DNA of 64,000 nucleotides, from positions 2,660,540 to 2,724,539 of the forward strand of contig OY969767.1 of assembly GCA_963702895.1 (NCBI GenBank), in the 5' to 3' direction. A program made the position numbers and the translations under genes. The notes below the pieces were generated by a model, which saw only the letters and a list, made by a program, of their open reading frames with translations, was not told where the DNA came from and ran no database searches. This DNA is from an uncultured Elusimicrobia bacterium (lineage in GTDB: Bacteria > Elusimicrobiota > Elusimicrobia > 2-01-FULL-59-12). Every line of letters begins with the position of its first letter. Within the stretch, counting starts at the first letter, position 1. Below are positions 61,484-64,000 of this stretch, piece after piece.

Positions 61484-61580
61484 TGAGTCATTGGGGTCTG
61501 TGTTCACATTTCACATTTAAAGGGGTTTTGAGGCTGTCCGATGGTTGAAATGTGCAATGTGAACACGGACCCCGTTACTT
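61484..61580. repeat. ~95-bp palindromic repeat, copy A
   Basis: GAGTCATTGGGGTCTGTGTTCACATTTCACATTT...AAATGTGCAATGTGAACACGGACCCCGTTACT. Confidence 0.92.
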
Positions 61581-61639
61581 GTTACTGATTGATTTGGCAT
61601 CACCCTTCCTCATATAAGGAGTCGCCTTTTCAGGAGAGC

Positions 61640-62236
61640 TCAAGACTTGGCTTTCGTGAGCGTGTATTGCCGGCGGGCGGCACGGCATTTCTTGCAGACA
61701 TAAACCAACGCTTGTTTTTCCTTCCAAACGAGGCAGCCGCCGCCATAGGAGGAACGTGCGTGCGGGAATTCTTTAGCAGCATGTTGTGATTCCTTCCAGT
61801 AGGCAGGATCACCGACAGGAAGACCGTAAAAAATTGGGACGAGCTCCACTTCCATCTTCACGTTGTGTCGTTCACAAATATTGGAGCGTTTCTGGGTGGC
61901 ATCCAGGATGCCCGGGCCAGGCACCGCTTTGGGCAAGGGCTGCAAAGAAATTCGTTGAATCCCACAATCCTGGCTTATGGTCTGGGCTTTCTGAACCAAT
62001 CCAAAAGGAGTGTCTGGCTCGGCGCTAATGACGAGCGTTTTATCCATGCTAAGAGTTTGTCGTAAATGGTCGCAGAGGGAGTCCCAGGTGACATCCTCCC
62101 CATGCAAATCCAATCGATCACGGCCCACTACAAGGCCAAGTTCGTGGCGCGAATGTCTGCCGGACAATAACGCCACGGCAAGAAGGCCAACGATGGCCAG
62201 AAGCGTGGAAAGCACCACGGGCGTTACCCACGCCAT
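61640..62236 (-). CDS. Hypothetical membrane-anchored protein: ExbD/TolR-like domain plus Cys/His-rich C-terminus
   Basis: TM helix; LVISAEPDTPFGLV...GIQRISL; CERH...IFYGLP...GGGC...CKKC. Start uncertain. Confidence 0.6.
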   Translation of the reverse strand: MAWVTPVVLSTLLAIVGLLAVALLSGRHSRHELGLVVGRDRLDLHGEDVTWDSLCDHLRQTLSMDKTLVISAEPDTPFGLVQKAQTISQDCGIQRISLQPLPKAVPGPGILDATQKRSNICERHNVKMEVELVPIFYGLPVGDPAYWKESQHAAKEFPHARSSYGGGCLVWKEKQALVYVCKKCRAARRQYTLTKAKS

Positions 62237-62334
62237 GTTCGTGAGGTTACGGTCCGGTTCCGAAGTGTCGGTTATAGCCACCGGCATAAGTATGGCGTAT
62301 GAAGGCGTTGGGATCAATGGTCATTGGGGCCTGG

Positions 62335-62428
62335 GTCATTGGGGCCTGTGTTCACATTTCACATTTAAAGGGGTTTTTGAGGCTGTCCGATGGTTGAAAT
62401 GTGCAATGTGAACACGGACCCCGTTACT
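62335..62428. repeat. ~95-bp palindromic repeat, copy B (left 15 nt tandemly duplicated from 62319)
   Basis: Near-identical to copy A; GGTCATTGGGGCCTG occurs twice. Confidence 0.92.
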
Positions 62429-62448
62429 CCTTCGATACCCAGCATATT

Positions 62449-63438
62449 TCAGCGAGAACGGAAAAAATTAAAGATTGACTTACGCTTTTCGTTTCCTTTT
62501 AAGTGTTCTTTCAAATCTTCAGGCCCACACTTTTTCCCAACTTCAGCCAAAGCTCCGTTGTAAAAGTCCATCGGAAGGTACTCTCGTTTTGTTTCACCAT
62601 AGGATTGCGCGGAGATATAAAAACCGAATTTTGTTGGCTTCTGCTTGGACATAGTAGCTAAACGTTCGCTGAACGGTATCGTGATAGTCTGGCTAGATTG
62701 TTTGGATGTATATGTGTATGGACTTTCATCCAGACAATGTGTCCCCTTTTCAGTGGATTCAACGAAATAATGTGGAACCATATCGGCTGTGACACGATAA
62801 TCAACTTCCGGTTTAACGATAAGCATGGATTGCTGGGAATGCTTAAAAATCGTAAGTTTACCTTGAGATAGAGGTGGCTCTACAGTTTTATGCAGCACAT
62901 ACAGCTTGCCTAGATCAAACCATGGCTTTGGCCACAAAAGGATTTCGTCTCGACTCAGGGCAGGTGCTGCCTCTGGAAATCGCACCCTGAAACTAATTCG
63001 GACACCAATTAAATGATTATTTGCTGTTATAAGTGGTTCATCTCTAAAATCTGTGACGTCTAATTTCATATCCATCCAATGCCTTGCAAACTTATCTATT
63101 GCCCGATCAGCATTTATGGACACCCACAGTCTAAATCCTTGAACGATTAAAAGCAGCGGAATCAAGAAAAACAAAGACTTGCGTCCGGCAGCTTTGTTTC
63201 TAACGGGCAGACCAAGAGCTTTGTACAGCAGAAGGAATAAGGGAAATGCAACGATGATAGCCAGTATGGTAAGAATTTCTCGGTCGGCCAAGGATACAGA
63301 GTAATTATTGACAAACCAAGAAGCTAAGTATCCGCCACCTATAGCGACGAATAAGACCGACAATATAAAAATAAAGAAACGCCACTTAGGTAGTTTCTGA
63401 TTTTCCGATTGTGAAGTAGAGGGAATTGCAGGATTCAT
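62449..63438 (-). CDS. Hypothetical AT-rich protein with three N-terminal TM helices
   Basis: Long ORF in a visibly AT-rich segment; no recognised family. Confidence 0.7.
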   Translation of the reverse strand: MNPAIPSTSQSENQKLPKWRFFIFILSVLFVAIGGGYLASWFVNNYSVSLADREILTILAIIVAFPLFLLLYKALGLPVRNKAAGRKSLFFLIPLLLIVQGFRLWVSINADRAIDKFARHWMDMKLDVTDFRDEPLITANNHLIGVRISFRVRFPEAAPALSRDEILLWPKPWFDLGKLYVLHKTVEPPLSQGKLTIFKHSQQSMLIVKPEVDYRVTADMVPHYFVESTEKGTHCLDESPYTYTSKQSSQTITIPFSERLATMSKQKPTKFGFYISAQSYGETKREYLPMDFYNGALAEVGKKCGPEDLKEHLKGNEKRKSIFNFFRSR

Positions 63439-63572
63439 GAATCTAGCCAAGGATAATACATTTGAGCAATCATGCAAAAGGAAAACGGCTCGAATCTTAC
63501 GTCACCAAATTACGTCACTAGAATGGCGACTTGAGGATACGACTAGATGCTCGGATTTTTAGTTCCTCGACT

Positions 63573-63669
63573 TGAGTCATTGGGGTCTGTGTTCACATTT
63601 CACATTTAAAGGGGTTTTGAGGCTGTCCGATGGTTGAAATGCGCAATGTGAACACTGCCCCCGTTACTT
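63573..63669. repeat. ~95-bp palindromic repeat, copy C
   Basis: Near-identical to copy A with a few substitutions in the right arm. Confidence 0.92.
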
Positions 63670-64000
63670 TTACAATCTTCCTTTTAAGCGGGGTTTCCAG
63701 GCCTGAAGACCCAGTTTTTTATCGAAAGGCTTTTGATTAACCTGATTGTAACATTCATCGTGTTTACTGAAGATGTAGAAACTCATTAGCCTAAAGGAGA
63801 TGTGCCATGTGGAAAAAGATCATTTTTCTCTCCGTTGCGGTTCCGGCACTCGGATTTGAAATTCGATCTCTTTGCTTCAAGCATTTATGGCCAACAGAAT
63901 TGATTGTCGCTGCGAAAGATTTACCCACCGGCGCCACACTAACGCCAGGAACGTACGAGGTTAAACATGTGCGCCCTGATGAATGTCCGTCTCCTTTCAT

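Noticed and set aside
61484..63669. Canonical integron attC sites or CRISPR
   Set aside because: No RYYYAAC/GTTRRRY cores, no intI in the window, and repeats are ~95 bp with gene-sized intervals.
63791..64000. Edge ORF as the next cassette gene
   Set aside because: Truncated by the window edge, no recognisable motif, and frame uncertain.

Overview
GC-rich chromosomal window from a diderm (outer-membrane-bearing) bacterium; taxonomy cannot be fixed from this sequence. Left to right it contains: (1) a cytochrome c maturation gene divergent from a porin-cytochrome electron-transfer cluster (decaheme MtrA/DmsE, MtrB/PioB porin, monoheme cytochrome c, 11-heme plus cytochrome b CbcL-like protein); (2) rtcB-archease and a USP gene; (3) two RND efflux loci; (4) a PIN toxin pair and an exported LRR gene cluster; (5) a 4-kb two-component module bracketed by a 64-bp duplication of an RND gene 3' end; (6) an AmmeMemoRadiSam cluster whose proteins carry export or anchor signals, with membrane partners and a MITE insertion; (7) cydAB; (8) a metY-metX-metW-cysK-hydrolase-cysE operon preceded by a Met/Cys-rich leader peptide (MCMCMCPMM, too short for the ORF track) with terminator and antiterminator; (9) cmoA, an ICMT-family gene and an IPCT/DIPPS-type fusion; (10) housekeeping genes (RNase HI, yajQ, wecB, wecA-like, glyA, LMW phosphatase, tsaC, argJ); (11) at the right end, an AT-rich array of single orphan genes separated by three near-identical ~95-bp palindromic repeats, next to a possible RAYT transposase stub. 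The best candidates for something new are the dual Met/Cys attenuator, the repeat-delimited cassette array, the exported AmmeMemoRadiSam system and the MtrAB-cytochrome c-CbcL conduit. All product calls come from motif recognition by eye; no searches were run. No rRNA, tRNA or CRISPR array was recognised.
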